A program made the position numbers and the translations under genes. Of a DNA stretch of 64,000 nt, positions 1 through 11,814 are shown piece after piece. This stretch comes from Gekko japonicus (lineage: Eukaryota). Positions within the stretch are counted from its first letter, which is position 1. Each line of letters starts with the position of its first letter. The stretch lies in the NCBI RefSeq assembly GCF_001447785.1, contig NW_015162489.1, positions 562,314 through 626,313 of the forward strand, in the 5' to 3' direction. Under the pieces are notes generated by a model. That model saw only the letters and a list, made by a program, of their open reading frames with translations, was not told where the DNA came from and ran no database searches.

Positions 1-298
1 CAATCCCATGCGTTGGCGGCATGCTACAGTTCCTTCCCTCTGCACCTGCGCATCAATGAGGAGCCGGAGGGAAAAGCCGCGGCAGGCGCGATCACACTAA
101 GGGACTCCAGAGGCAGCCTGTGGCAAACTGGTTGCTAGTACCTCCGAGCAGGTAGTTTTTAATCCCGCATTTTCGGCGGTATGCCACGGGTTTGCCATGG
201 GTGCGCTCCACTTCCCATATGTTGCAGTGTGATCGCGCCCGGATAATCCGCCATGCACTCGTAGCTCTCCCAGGGCAAATCCTCCGTGTGAACAGGGC
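1..298. mobile_element. Right part of a CpG-rich PIF/Harbinger-like MITE inserted into a CR1 fragment
   Basis: ends ...gtgtgaacagggcc followed by TTA, exactly where the CR1 peptide KVQKRATK breaks off; other end outside window. Confidence 0.5.
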
Positions 299-690
299 CT
301 TAGTTGCCCTTTTCTGCACTTTTTCCAATGCTATAATATCTTTTTTGAGGTGTGGTAACCAGAACTGTACACAGTATTCCAAATGAGGAGGAGGAGGAGA
401 TTAGATTTATGCCCCACCCTTCACTCGGAGTCTCAGAGCGGCTTTCAAATTCCTTTCCCTTCCCCTCCCCACAACAGATACCCTGTGAGGTAGGCGGGGC
501 TGAGAGAACTCTTTCAAGAACTGCTCTTTCAAGGACAGCTCTGACAGAACTACAGTTTGCCCAAGGTCATCCAGCAGCTGCAAGTGGAGGAGTGGGGAAT
601 CAAACCCAGTTCTCCCAGATTAGAGTCTGCACACTTAACCACTACACCAAATGAGGTGGCACCATCAATTCATACAGGGGCATTATGACC
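299..690 (-). mobile_element. CR1 LINE RT C-terminal fragment, split by a SINE
   Basis: [27 protein letters not shown] (CR1 ORF2 motif); CR1 sequence resumes at ~652. Confidence 0.85.
389..651 (-). mobile_element. tRNA-derived squamate SINE (Squam3-like)
   Basis: tRNA-like head tggtgtagtggttaag...tttgattcccca on minus, (ctc)n tail; flanked by a ccaaatgagg duplication. Confidence 0.85.
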
Positions 691-758
691 CTACTTAGTA
701 GCTCCCTCCTCTCACGTTCAAATAAAAGTTTGTCTCTTTAAAATACCTAACTCAGGGG

Positions 759-1153
759 CAGGGGTCATTTCCTGCAGGAGCGCACAGGAGCGGAGCTCCG
801 TTAGTAGAGAGCCCAGGGGGTGGGCACATGCAACAAGCCCCACCCCTTGCTCCCAGCAGCCCTCAGTCAGAGCAAGAAGCAGCCAGGTAAGTTGCAGAGC
901 CCCCCCCCCCGGTCCCAAACAGTCCAGTGGCACCTTTAAGACCAAGTTTTATTCAGGTACAAGCTCTCCCTCCTCTGTGAGGACAGATCTGCACGTGTGT
1001 GTCCCCCCCCCAATAGCTAGGAATCAGTCCGGTGGAGCCTGAGCAGTGGGTGTTGCCTTCTGACACACTTCTGGTGATGTCAGGAGGTGTGGCATATGCA
1101 AATAAGTTATGCTAATGAGCTCCTGCACCTCTTATTCTACGAAATGACCCCTG
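759..1153. mobile_element. hAT-type MITE (CAGGGGTCATTT TIR)
   Basis: TIRs caggggtcattt/aaatgacccctg; degenerate 8-bp TSD ctcagggg/ctcgaggg. Confidence 0.8.
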
Positions 1154-1304
1154 CTCGAGGGTAATGCGTCCATGGGAAGCTGATTGTGGAGCAGAATGCC
1201 TCAGATCACATTCATGTAACAACAAATATTCTCAAATTCCATTTAAGCTTTGGTGAAAAAACCACCCCCTTGTCACATCTTTCATCTCCAATAATTCTGC
1301 TCAC

Positions 1305-1407
1305 CTCAGGCCACTAGCCAAAAAAGCATCAAACTCGGCAGCCATTTTGCAAGAGAGTGCCGGATGGCTGTGTTCTGAAGAGCAGTTGGTGAACACCACA
1401 TGGTCAC
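1305..1407 (-). CDS. MFNG: MFNG coding exon 3 (103 nt); gene continues beyond window start
   Basis: ctttctccattag|GT GAC CAT...GGC CTG AG|gtgagc = [34 protein letters not shown]; [16 protein letters not shown] is MFNG-like; phase 1 to 2. Confidence 0.96.
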
Positions 1408-1933
1408 CTAATGGAGAAAGAAGACAGCCCCATATAAGCAACCCACATTGATCAAAAGCATCTTTAACACAAAGTCAGTTTACTGTCTCAATTAAACAAG
1501 GAAGAGAGAAGTTTAAGGGTCTTCTCAATGATTGACCAGTGCCGATCCATAGCAAAACATAATGCAGTACAACCCCAGGTCCTCCACAAGAAGGAACCAT
1601 GGCTCAGAGGTAGAATATACACTTGGCATGCAGAAAGTTCCAGGGTTCAATCCCTGGCATCGTCAGTTAAAGGATCTCTGGTAGTAGATCTTGGGGAAGG
1701 CTTTTCTTTGCCTAAAATCTTGGAGAACTATTGAACTAGATAGAACATCGTCCAGCTCTGTCTGGGTTGCACATTTAGGGGGACTGGAAAAGTCTGGACC
1801 CACACTACTATTTGAAGCTTTAAAAAACTGCGGAGCTATGATATATGGCACAATGAAGGAGATTACAGTCACTGGAGAAAGTAGAAGAAAATATCAGCCA
1901 CTTTGATAGGGCAAGTCTGCTAATTCTAAAGAG

Positions 1934-2327
1934 CAGGGCTTTTTTTGTAGAAAAAGCCCAGCAGGAACTCATTAGCACAATAGGCCACACCCAACAGCAG
2001 AAACACATTAGCATATTAGGCCACACCCCTGACAGAGCAGCTCATTAGCATATTAGGTCACACCCCCACGCTACCAGAAGTGTGGTCATCCAGCCACACC
2101 CACCTTTTGCTTCTTATTCTGTTTACCTGGTTTGTTGTCAAAACCAGGGCTCTTTTTGTAGCAGGAACCCTTTGCATGTTAGGCCACACACCCCTAATGT
2201 AGCCAATCCTAATGAGTTTCTGCTGTTGGGTGTGGCCTATTATGCTAATGAGTTCCTGTTGGGTGTGGCCAACTTGGGAGCCAGCCAGAACTCCGTTCCT
2301 GTACATTCCTGCCCAAAAATAGCCCTG
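1934..2327. mobile_element. hAT-type composite MITE (CAGGGCT TIR), copy 1
   Basis: TIRs cagggct/agccctg; perfect 8-bp TSD ctaaagag at 1926-1933 and 2328-2335. Confidence 0.9.
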
Positions 2328-3747
2328 CTAAAGAGTCACCATGTTGATTGGGGTGTCTGGAAGCTGAGATAGCAGCTTTTTTCAGCCGTTCACAGAGAGA
2401 CAACACTCTATAGCAAAGTGTCAGATTGGGATCTGGGTGGCCTCAGTTCGAATCCCTGCTCTGCTATAGAGTTTGCTGCACAACCTTGAGCTAATCACGG
2501 TCTTTCAGCCTAACTTGCCTAGTCACAAGGTTGTTGTAGTGAGGATAAAATGGAGGATGAGAGAAACTTTGGGTCCCCATTGGTGAGAAAAGCGGGCTAT
2601 AAACATAAAGATGCCAGATGAGCTAGAACTATAAAGGGGGATGAATCAGCTGTGGCCCTTTTTTTTCCTGTGGTATTCACAAATTAGGGAGAACCAAGAG
2701 TTCAGACTTATATTCCAATATTTACAATGTACAAACCTGCATTGATTTTTTTTAAAACAAAGAATGTTGAAAATTCAATAAAATTATTGGCAACAAAAAG
2801 AGACGGAGGAAGTGCTCACCCAGTAAAGAACTTTTAAAGAGAATAATTCATATAATGGTATGTGTGGGTGGGAAGTCGTGTTGCTGGTCATCCTTCACCT
2901 CCCGGCGCTACTCGAGGGCCGCTGATGACACTCACAGTGTCACCTTGTGTACAGTAATCACATTAGCACCAGCTATGAAAAAAATCTCATTTTCTCATCA
3001 AGAAGAGATTGAGGTTCAGAGCACTGTAAAAAATGAGATATGGCCTCAACAGAAGCACCACCGGGAAGGGAAAACTCCCACAACAAATGAGTAACCAGAA
3101 GGGAGGAGGGGTTGGGAAGTCCTCAGAAGGCTAAATTCAATAATCTCTCTTAAACCACTAACCTTAAAATTAAGAAAAGATTGGTAGATTTACAGGGACA
3201 ATTGATTCTGCCCTTGCTAATTATTAAGAAACAGGAGGAGCCAGGCAGCCAGTATAACGGTGGAGTGGTTAGAATGTCAGAGTAGGATCTGGGGCACCCA
3301 GGTTCGAAACCTCACTCTGCCACGGATGTGGGAGACCTTGGGCTAGTCACACACTCTCAGCTTAACCTATCTCATAGGGTTGTTGTAAGGATAAAGTGGA
3401 GGAGAAAAGAACGATGTAAGCTACTTTGGGTGTCCAGTGGAGAGAAAGGTGGGGTATAAATGACGTTAGTGTCCCCTTCCCCATCTCATCTGCAGAGGTT
3501 TTGTGGCCATCACGTCACAACCTTAAGAGCTGGTTACTTGCTCCCCCCCCCCAATGGAAAGAAATTATGAGTTCACTGCCCAATATCTCTTCTGCAGAAA
3601 CACAGGCTTGGCCTCAAACCCACTCTGTTTGACACATTAAAGAGGCTTCTTTGTCAAGCTTTGTCAAGGCTGTTATCTGAGGATTCCTGGCACACAGCCT
3701 ACAGAAGTCAGGTAGCAGATGCGGTGCAATGCTAGAGGCTCAGTTAC

Positions 3748-3796
3748 CCAATTTTCCTTGCAGTTCATCATCTTCTTCATCCGTGAAGACATATGT
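3748..3796 (-). CDS. MFNG: MFNG coding exon 2 (49 nt)
   Basis: cttctttttcgcag|ACA TAT GTC TTC ACG GAT...AAA TTG G|gtaact = TYVFTDEEDDELQGKLG, the fringe T(F/Y)VFTD motif; phase 0 to 1. Confidence 0.95.
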
Positions 3797-4398
3797 CTGC
3801 GAAAAAGAAGAGAGGGGGTCACTCGAAGATCTACATTTTATCCTGCTGTCCACACAATACTCTCAGCTATGAGTACACATTATCTGAGTTTGTTACTGAG
3901 GCAATGTCTGGGAAGTGGCTTGACTCTCCAAAAATGTTTTCATCCATACAAAATGGAATTCTAATGCTTACCTCCTCTGTCTTTTCCCCAGCAGGGGTAA
4001 GTGCGGCTTGGGGATGAGGGAAATGATACAAGAGAAACTAAGCCCCCTGGCCTTCCCCCTCAGATTGCATGTTCAGCGGCTATACTGCCTGTTTTCAAAA
4101 GTCTCTTTAAAAGATGCTGTGAAATTGGGTCATAACAATTCTGGGACATTTATACGTAAGTGCAATATAAATAATTATTGGTAGTAAGTATCTGGTCCGG
4201 TTTGTTAGCAGTGACATGAACTCTTTCGTACAGATTCAGTCATTAGCCCATGATTCCTAAACCCTGGTCCTCTGTTTTACATTAGTAATTGATCCACTTT
4301 GCAAACTTAATCTGCCCTGAAATGGAGGCAACGGTGTCATTTATTTATTCATTTACTTGTGCCATTTACAGTCTGCCTTCCTTGCCAAGGCTCAAGTT

Positions 4399-4727
4399 GT
4401 AAAAGGTAAAGGTACCCTGCTCGAAAGCCAGTCGAATCCGACTCTAGGGTTGCGGTGCTCATCTCCGTTTCAAAGCCGAAGAACCAGCGCTGTCCAAAGA
4501 CGTTTCTGTGGTCATGTGGCTGGCATGACTAAACACCAAGGCGCACAGAACGCTGTTACCTTCCCACCGAAGTGGTACCTATTTATCTACTTGCAATTTC
4601 TTGCTTTCGAACTGCTAGGTTGGCAGGAGCTGGAACTAGAGACGGGAGCTCACTCCGTCATGCAGCACCTGGTCTCGAACTGCTGAACTACTGACCTTCC
4701 ACAGCCTGCATTTCAGCGTCTTGACCA
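4399..4727 (-). mobile_element. Sauria SINE
   Basis: (ACCTTT)n tail reads aaaggtaaaggt on plus; near-identical reverse complement of 15073-15423. Confidence 0.88.
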
Positions 4728-4761
4728 AGTAAACAACTAAACACAATGCAGTAAGATACAT

Positions 4762-5499
4762 TTGGCAACCTCCAGGTGGTACCTGGAGATCTCTCACTAC
4801 TACGGTTGATCTCCAGACAACCAAGATCAGTTCCCCTGGAGAAAATGGCTGCTTTGGAGACTGGACTCTTTGACATTATACCCTGATGAGGTTCCTCATA
4901 AGAACATAAGAGAAGTCAATGTTGGATCAGGCCAGTGGCCCATCCAGTCCAACACTCTGTCACACAGCGGCCAAAAATACCAGGTGCCATCAGGAGGTCC
5001 ACCAGTAGGGCCAGGCCACTAGAAGCCCTCCCACTGTTGCTTCCCCCCCAAGCACCCCCCCCCAAGAATACAGAGCATCCCTTGCCCCAGACTGAGAATT
5101 CCTACCACGTGGCTAATAGCCACTGACAGACACCTCTGCTCCATATGTTTATCTAATTCCCTCTTGAAGCTGTCCGTGCTTGTAGCCACCACCACCTCCT
5201 GTGGCAGTGAATTCCATGTGTCAATCACTCTTTGGGTGAAGAAGGACTTCCTTTTATCTGTTCTAACCCAACTGCTCAGCAATTTCATTGAGTGTCCATG
5301 AGTTCTTGTATTGTGAGAAAGGGAGAAAAGGACTTCTTTCTCTACCTGCTCTACCCCATGCATAATTTTGTAAATCTCGATCATGTCACCCCTCAGCTGC
5401 CGTTTCTCCAAGCTAAAGAGCCCCTCTCCAAACCCTACCCTTCCCAGGTTCCACTCCTAAAATCTCCAGGTATTTCCCAACCCAAAGCTGGCAACCCTA
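4762..5499. mobile_element. TAGGGTTGCCA-family hAT MITE interrupted by a CR1 3' end (4897-5420, minus)
   Basis: MITE halves at 4762-4896 and 5421-5499 join to the intact consensus; insert encodes EKRQLRGDMIEIYKIMHG...FFTQRVIDTWNSLPQEVV and has a (cataagaa)n CR1 tail. Confidence 0.85.
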
Positions 5500-8165
5500 A
5501 GTTAGAACAGTATAATCATGCTGCCCACAAAATTAGAGAGCGTTGCACTAAAAGTGCACTTTGCTCACAGACAGCGAAGAAGGCCTTCCAAGATGAGTTT
5601 GTGGCAAGCACAGTGCTAATCCTTCTTGGTAACCAATATACAACCCCTTGGGGTTTCTTTTTTGGGAGTCTTGACAATTAAATAGGTTTTAAACTAATTT
5701 AAAAGAGGAGTGTAGATACGGGTGACTTACAGAGCAGACCCTTGATAAATCAATATAGCTTGAGGAGCCATTTTGCTAATTTAATGTTGTTCTTTTCCAG
5801 CTCATGTTGATATTCCTGGCACCCGCCTGAGGGCTGAAGAATTTGGTCTGATCCTCTGCCCTGAAATAACTCAGAGCCATGACTACTGAACAGAAAGCTT
5901 GCCCCTGAGAGTTCTGCTTAGCCATTGGTAAGATATCAAACGGCAGAGGAAACAGAAGCTCTGCAAGTGAAAGGAAACCGGAGTTCAGAAAAGAACATCT
6001 GTTTGTGTGCAAAAGGCCTATAAGCTCCCCCCGCTGCTTCCCAGCCTTCCTTCTCTCCCCCCCAGTCCCTCTTGACAACATTATGTGGCATGTTCTCCCA
6101 TCCCAAGGGCAAAGTGGGGATCACGTCCGGCAAAGAATAGCTCCTCTCAAGCGGAAAATGGGCTTTCAGGATGCCAAAGGGACTGAAAGGCAGAGACACA
6201 AGCCTTAAACAATCTCCCCACCAGCTGCCTGCAGGCTGGTTAAACACTGCACTTCTGTACTGAAAGAAGGGCAAAGTTGTTCAGACAGTCGCCAAGGCGT
6301 ATGGGCCGCCCCTAGGCCTGTGCCAAAGCGAGGCCCTCTAGCAAATCCACCCTGGAGGTGATTGTGTGTCCCGATTTCCAGAAGAATGAAAGAATAGAGG
6401 GGTGAAACAGGAGACCAAGAAAAACCCAACAAAGGGAATGAAAGAGAAAGAAAACCCACAAGTGCAGGGTATATGAAAGAATATGGTGAATCAAATGAGT
6501 GACTGGAAAGGCCTGTTTCTTAATCGTATGTTAATCAGAACCGTCTCCCTCTGAAAGGGCATTCTGTTAGTGCCAATGTCCTTGCAAACTCTCTCTTTGG
6601 TTGATTTCCCTCAGCCTAGGGTTGCCAGCTCCAGGCTTGGAAATTCCTGGAGATTTGGGGTGGTGCCTGGAGAGAGTGGAGTTTGGAGAGAGACCACAGC
6701 ATTGCCTAACCTTCTGTGTTGAGAAATGCCCTGATAGCTGGAAACATAAAACTTTCTGACTTTTGGCTCACTCAGGTTAAAAAGAAACAACTCTCCAGGT
6801 TTTGCTTCCTCCAGGGACCTCAAGTAGGGTTGCCAGCTCCTGGCTGGGAAATAGCTGGAGATTTGGGGGGTGGAGCCTGAGGAGGGTGGGGTTTAAGGAG
6901 GGGAGGGACTTCAATGGGGTATATAATGCCACAAAGTCCACCTCCCAAAGCAGTCATTTTCTCCAGGTAAACTAATCTCTGTGGCCTAGAGATCAGTTGT
7001 AATAGCGGGAAATCTCCAGTCACTGTCTGGAGGTCAAAGCCACAAATGGACCACAGTGACTAACCAAAGGTTGCACCCCACCAATGTTCACTGTGAAAAA
7101 ATTGATTCTATTACAGTCCACAAACTTGCTTCTTCTTTTGTTCTTTTATTTTGTGTCATGCAGTGCTGCTGCTGCTTCCAGACAATTGCCATGCGATGAC
7201 AGATTTCCTAGGTATATATTCCGTTTCCCCCGATGCTTCATCGGGTCACTTTTTTATACATGGAGCTGATGCTCTAAGCCGCCTGCTCAGAGTTAATCTT
7301 GTGTTTCCCTTTGGCATCTGCTGGCTCTAGTTTTTGTACTGTTCACCATCCAGTCTGAATAAAGATTCTACCTTGTAGAAACAGCTGGAATGTTGGTATA
7401 AAAATGAAGACCCACAGAAATTTGGCTCCGCCTTCTAAAACTCTTCAAATATTCTCTATAAAGAGAGATGGGAGCCATTAGTTTCTCAACGGGGCTGGTT
7501 CAAGGTCACTCACAAAACGATACAACAGACATTGCCTCTTCCGGCACTGCCGCTGGTTCAGATGGCAAGGGTCCAGGAGTTAATTCTGGTCACCCCTGAC
7601 TACTGCAGATGATGAGGAATGGCCAGGAGTGAGCCAAGACCCTACACAGTGCTGGCACCCCCTAATTATGCCACCCCACACAGCTGCTTGGGTGGTTTGG
7701 CCAGGGAACCAGCCTTGCTTCACACCCAAGTCAGATCACATTTATTAAGGGTGTCTTGACCGTGACTTTTAAAAAATTGTATGTCCCAAAGACTTTTTCC
7801 TTCCAGGTTTCTAAAATGCATCTCAAGGGAGATGGGCAAACATCATTCAAGAGTTGTTATATTTAAGCTTGTGCTTAGTTCAGTGTGGCAAAACCACAAA
7901 TGCCAATCTGCTGAATGCATGCCTCAAAACCCTTAGTGCAGCTTCCTGTTGCCAACAAAACCCACCACCATACAGGAAGCTGCACTAAGGCCAGTTCCTC
8001 CTCCTCACTGCAGCTACACCTGCTGGGGCGAATTTGATTCATGAGAGGATTTTTGAGACAAGCAGCGGGAAGGAGGAGAAGGGAGAAAAAGGTCCACTCT
8101 GACAGCCCCTTCTGTGAGCTTTTCCGCAGGATTCAACCCATGGATCCAGCCCACAGGTATATCCA

Positions 8166-8491
8166 TAGGGTTGCCAGGCCCCCAGTCCAGGCGGGTTTCC
8201 CCCACTTTTGCAGGGCCCTTTCCAGTGCCAGCCAGCCGGCGGGCAGGGGGAAACCCCACCCACAAATGTCCCTGAACATAATGATATCACCCAGAAGTGA
8301 CATCATCACATCGCTGGTGTCAGGGGTGACGCTCTAGTTTTTGGAGAAAAGTCCATGGTAAAATTGGGCTCGAATCATAGAGTTTTGCCCAAAAACTAGA
8401 GTGTAACCCCACCCCCACCCCGTCAGTGACATGATGACATGATGATCCCGGAATGAATCCTGGAGCCTGCTGCCGGCAGCCAGGTAGGCTA
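8166..8491. mobile_element. hAT MITE with palindromic core (tagggttgcc end)
   Basis: 8-bp TSD tatatcca on both sides; internal inverted repeat ctctagtttttgg...ccaaaaactagag; right TIR mostly deleted. Confidence 0.8.
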
Positions 8492-9302
8492 TATATCCAT
8501 CAAAAATAATTAGCACAACCCAGCCTCTGTCAACCGTTTATTGATTTCAGTAAGAGTTATTGAAGCATATGATAAATTCTTTCATGCAGATCAATGGGAC
8601 TCCTAAATGCTCGACATTGCCTGGATCGTGCCCATTATTAGAGGCTTCCCTCAGGGCTGCTTCACTTGTGACTATTTCTTTCTACATGTTGACCATCTCC
8701 TAGCAGAGACCAGCCGGGGTGCATCATCACGTGGGAAGTGCGGGGGGGGGAGGGGGTAATGCGGTCCCACAAGCACATGCAGCCAGTGCAGATGGAACCA
8801 AGAGGGACTCCCTCTTCAGTCACCACAATCAAAGCTGTTTGGTTGTTTTTCTAAATACAGAAGACAGGTATCTTATCTTGATTTAGCTATAGCGTGCACT
8901 TAATAAGTACCGGAAATGGTGGGGGCTGCACCTAACCTTCAAAGCCTTAGCCAGCGCACAAGAAAACGTCTTGTAGAGTCCCTGTCTTGACTTTTTCTGC
9001 CCTTCTTGTCACCATTGGTGCTCTCTTCTCTTCTGTATTGTCTGGTCGCCAGCCCTTTCCATTGTCTAAATTTACACTGTAACCTCCTCAGGGCCAAGAC
9101 CTCTCTTTTGTTTTTGTTAGTCCACAAAGTCAGCATGTATCCTGGTACAGTACTTCATTTTAAATGAAAGGAACAGAAAACAATCCTTTCAGTGCCCACA
9201 CAGAGACTGTATGGACAGCGTCTATCACATGTTTATCCTGTCCTTTCTCCAAGGAACTCAGAGGGGCACTCAAGAGTCTCCCTTCCCGCATTTTCCCCTC
9301 AT

Positions 9303-9512
9303 TGGGGTTGCCAACCTCTAGGTGGTAGCCTGAGATCTCCTGGGATTACAACTGGTCTCCAGCTGACAGAGATCAGTTCACCTGGAGAAAATGGCTGCTT
9401 TGGAAGGTGGGCTCTGTGGCACTATACCCCACTTCCCTCCCCAAACCCTTCCCTCCTCAGGCTCCACCCCCCAAATCTCCAGGTATTTCCCAGCTTGGAG
9501 CTGGCAACCCTG
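9303..9512. mobile_element. TAGGGTTGCCA-family MITE within an older SINE
   Basis: ggggttgcca...tggcaaccct termini; matches 16372-16590 in reverse orientation. Confidence 0.8.
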
Positions 9513-10089
9513 ATCCTCTCCACTCCGTGAGATAGGTTAGGCTGGGAAAGAATGGCTGGCGAGGTCACCCAATCAGCTCCTTTGCTGAGTGGGGGTCTGA
9601 ACCCAGGTCTTTCCAGTCCTGGTCTGGCAATCTAACTGTTACAACACCACCCTTTATCCTTCGTGTGTTCGTCATTTTGAGACGCGCGTACTGAAAACCA
9701 TAACCTGTGAAGAGGCCCCATAAAGGATAAGAGGCTTGGAAAGCCAGAGTTCCTGCCTCTTCTCCTTCCAAGAGCTCATAAAAAACCATCTGGGGTCATT
9801 GCAGCTGGCACTGATTTTCAGTCAGGGTTCTGGCTCAGCCAGTGCAGATACTGGCTGTCCATCCAAGCAGCTTCTCACTCACACTGCCCATTTCTGACTG
9901 GTCACACTTCCCATTTTGGCTTAAAACATCCACAACCAATCATACACTGCAACCAAAGCATCCCCTCCCACCCATGGACATTATAACGACGTTCCTGAGA
10001 GGCACAGAGGAATGAATGCAAGCAACGAAGCCTTCTATGTGCTTAAAACAGGGCACATTTTCTCTAGGCACCATCAACAGACCAACCAG

Positions 10090-10402
10090 CAGGGCTCTAG
10101 TCGGGGGGGAGCTCTCAGGTATGGAGCTCCGGAAGAGAACCTCTAGGGGGCGGGGCGGTCACGTGGTGAAGCCCCGCCCCCTTCTTTACCCCGCCCTCTG
10201 CTTCGATCCTCATTCCGTTTGGGAATGAGGATGAAGCAGGAGGGTAAGTAGCCGGGCCTTCTAACACACTTCCGGTGATGTCAGGGGGTGTGGCCTTCTG
10301 TCACTTCCGGTGATGTCAGGGGGCGTGGCATATGCAAATAAGTTATGCTAATGAGTTATGCTAATGAGCTCCGGCAGCTCTTTTTCTACAACAAGACCCC
10401 TG
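10090..10402. mobile_element. hAT-type MITE related to 759-1153
   Basis: caggg...cccctg termini; perfect 8-bp TSD ccaaccag; shared cacttccggtgatgtca...atgcaaataagttatgctaatgag block. Confidence 0.88.
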
Positions 10403-10827
10403 CCAACCAGTAAGGGCTAGACGGCTACAGCTTAGCATCAAAGAGAAAGACATCGCCATGGTCTCCACTGCATCCCTCCCTCTCCAACATTGATCTGTTT
10501 CTACCACAACAAATCTGTGTGGATAATTACTTGTTTTCAGGCGGACTGAGAGACTGTTATGTGGTATGTCATCAGCACAGGGAGCACATGGTGGAAGGGA
10601 GTTGGGCTCAGGTCCACTGGACCATCTGCCCACTTTACACCCATTCAGTCTTCTGGACAGAGCTGACAAGCGTGCAAAGCATAGGCTCTGCTGGGCAGTC
10701 GGTGTCTGGCATGTGGACAAAATGGGGTTCTGGATGCAGTGAGCACAGGTCCTTGTGTGCAAGTTAATTCTGGGTTAAGATGAATACACAGAGGTCGGAA
10801 GTGAGGCCAGGGGGCATAGTCCCAACC

Positions 10828-11134
10828 TAGGGCTGCCAAGTGGGGGCGGGTAAGCCCCCGCTTTGGAGGCCCGATTTCCGATGCCGCGGAATCGGGCCCC
10901 GGGGAAAACCCCACCCCTGCGTGCGCGTCACCAGGAAGTAACGTGGGCACGCTGGGGGCGGGGCCACGGCCATACAAGGGAAAACTCTATGGTTTTCCCT
11001 TGTATGGCCGTGGCCCCACCCCCAGCGTGCCTGGTGTCCTCCTGTCACTTCTGGGTGACGTGTGTGCGGCACGCGCGCACCAGACGCCAGCCGGGAGCCC
11101 CCTGCTCCCGGCGAAGACACACTTGTCAACCCTA
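10828..11134. mobile_element. CpG-rich palindromic hAT MITE
   Basis: TIRs tagggctgccaagtg/cacttgtcaacccta; perfect 8-bp TSD tcccaacc; central ~40-bp near-perfect inverted repeat. Confidence 0.9.
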
Positions 11135-11814
11135 TCCCAACCCCTCTCCCATGTTCACTGTCCACAATATATATCACACACACACACCCAAGGTTCTTCA
11201 TGTTACGATTCCAGAGTAAAATAAAAAGTTGGACAACATGGATCACCGCCATTTGTAATTAGCAGTGAAAGTGCTAGGTTCCCCCCCCAATTATATTTTA
11301 ATCCCTCCCTCCCTCCCTCTCTAGCTCCCTCCCAGGACCTCAGGGCAGCATACGTGATTCTTAACAGCACTGTCAGTCAGGTTAGACCAGAGGTGTCAAA
11401 CTCATTTGTTACAAGGGCCGGATCTGACATAAATGTGACTTTGTCGGGCTGTGCCATGTGTGCCATAAAATGTAATGCCAGGTACTGGAGATATAAGCTG
11501 TACAAAGGGCAGTAGCGCGTAGCTCCAGGTTGGCGTATCCTCACTGCAAGGCCCCATGGTCTGGGAGGGGATGTAGAGGAAGACCCACATGGGCGGACTG
11601 GAGAGCCAGCAGTTAGGGTTGCCAGGTCTTACCTGGCTGCTGGCGGGGGGGGGAGTGTCCAGTCTTGCGCTGGGAGTCTTCTGGCGCACTGGAGGTGATG
11701 TCATCGCGCCACTAGGCTTTGTGCTTGACACCCCTGGGTTAGCCTGAAAGAATGACTGGCCTGTTACATGGCTTAATTGAGGTTTTTCCTCACTCATAAT
11801 TCAATGGTCTAAAC

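Noticed and set aside
1960-2090. CRISPR-like repeat array (cattagcatattaggccacacc repeats)
   Set aside because: Eukaryotic context, very short similar spacers, no cas genes; these are subterminal repeats of a TSD-flanked MITE
7972-7990. miR-22 or miR-130/454 family match in the hairpin
   Set aside because: Only 6-7 nt of seed-like similarity; the rest does not match those mature sequences
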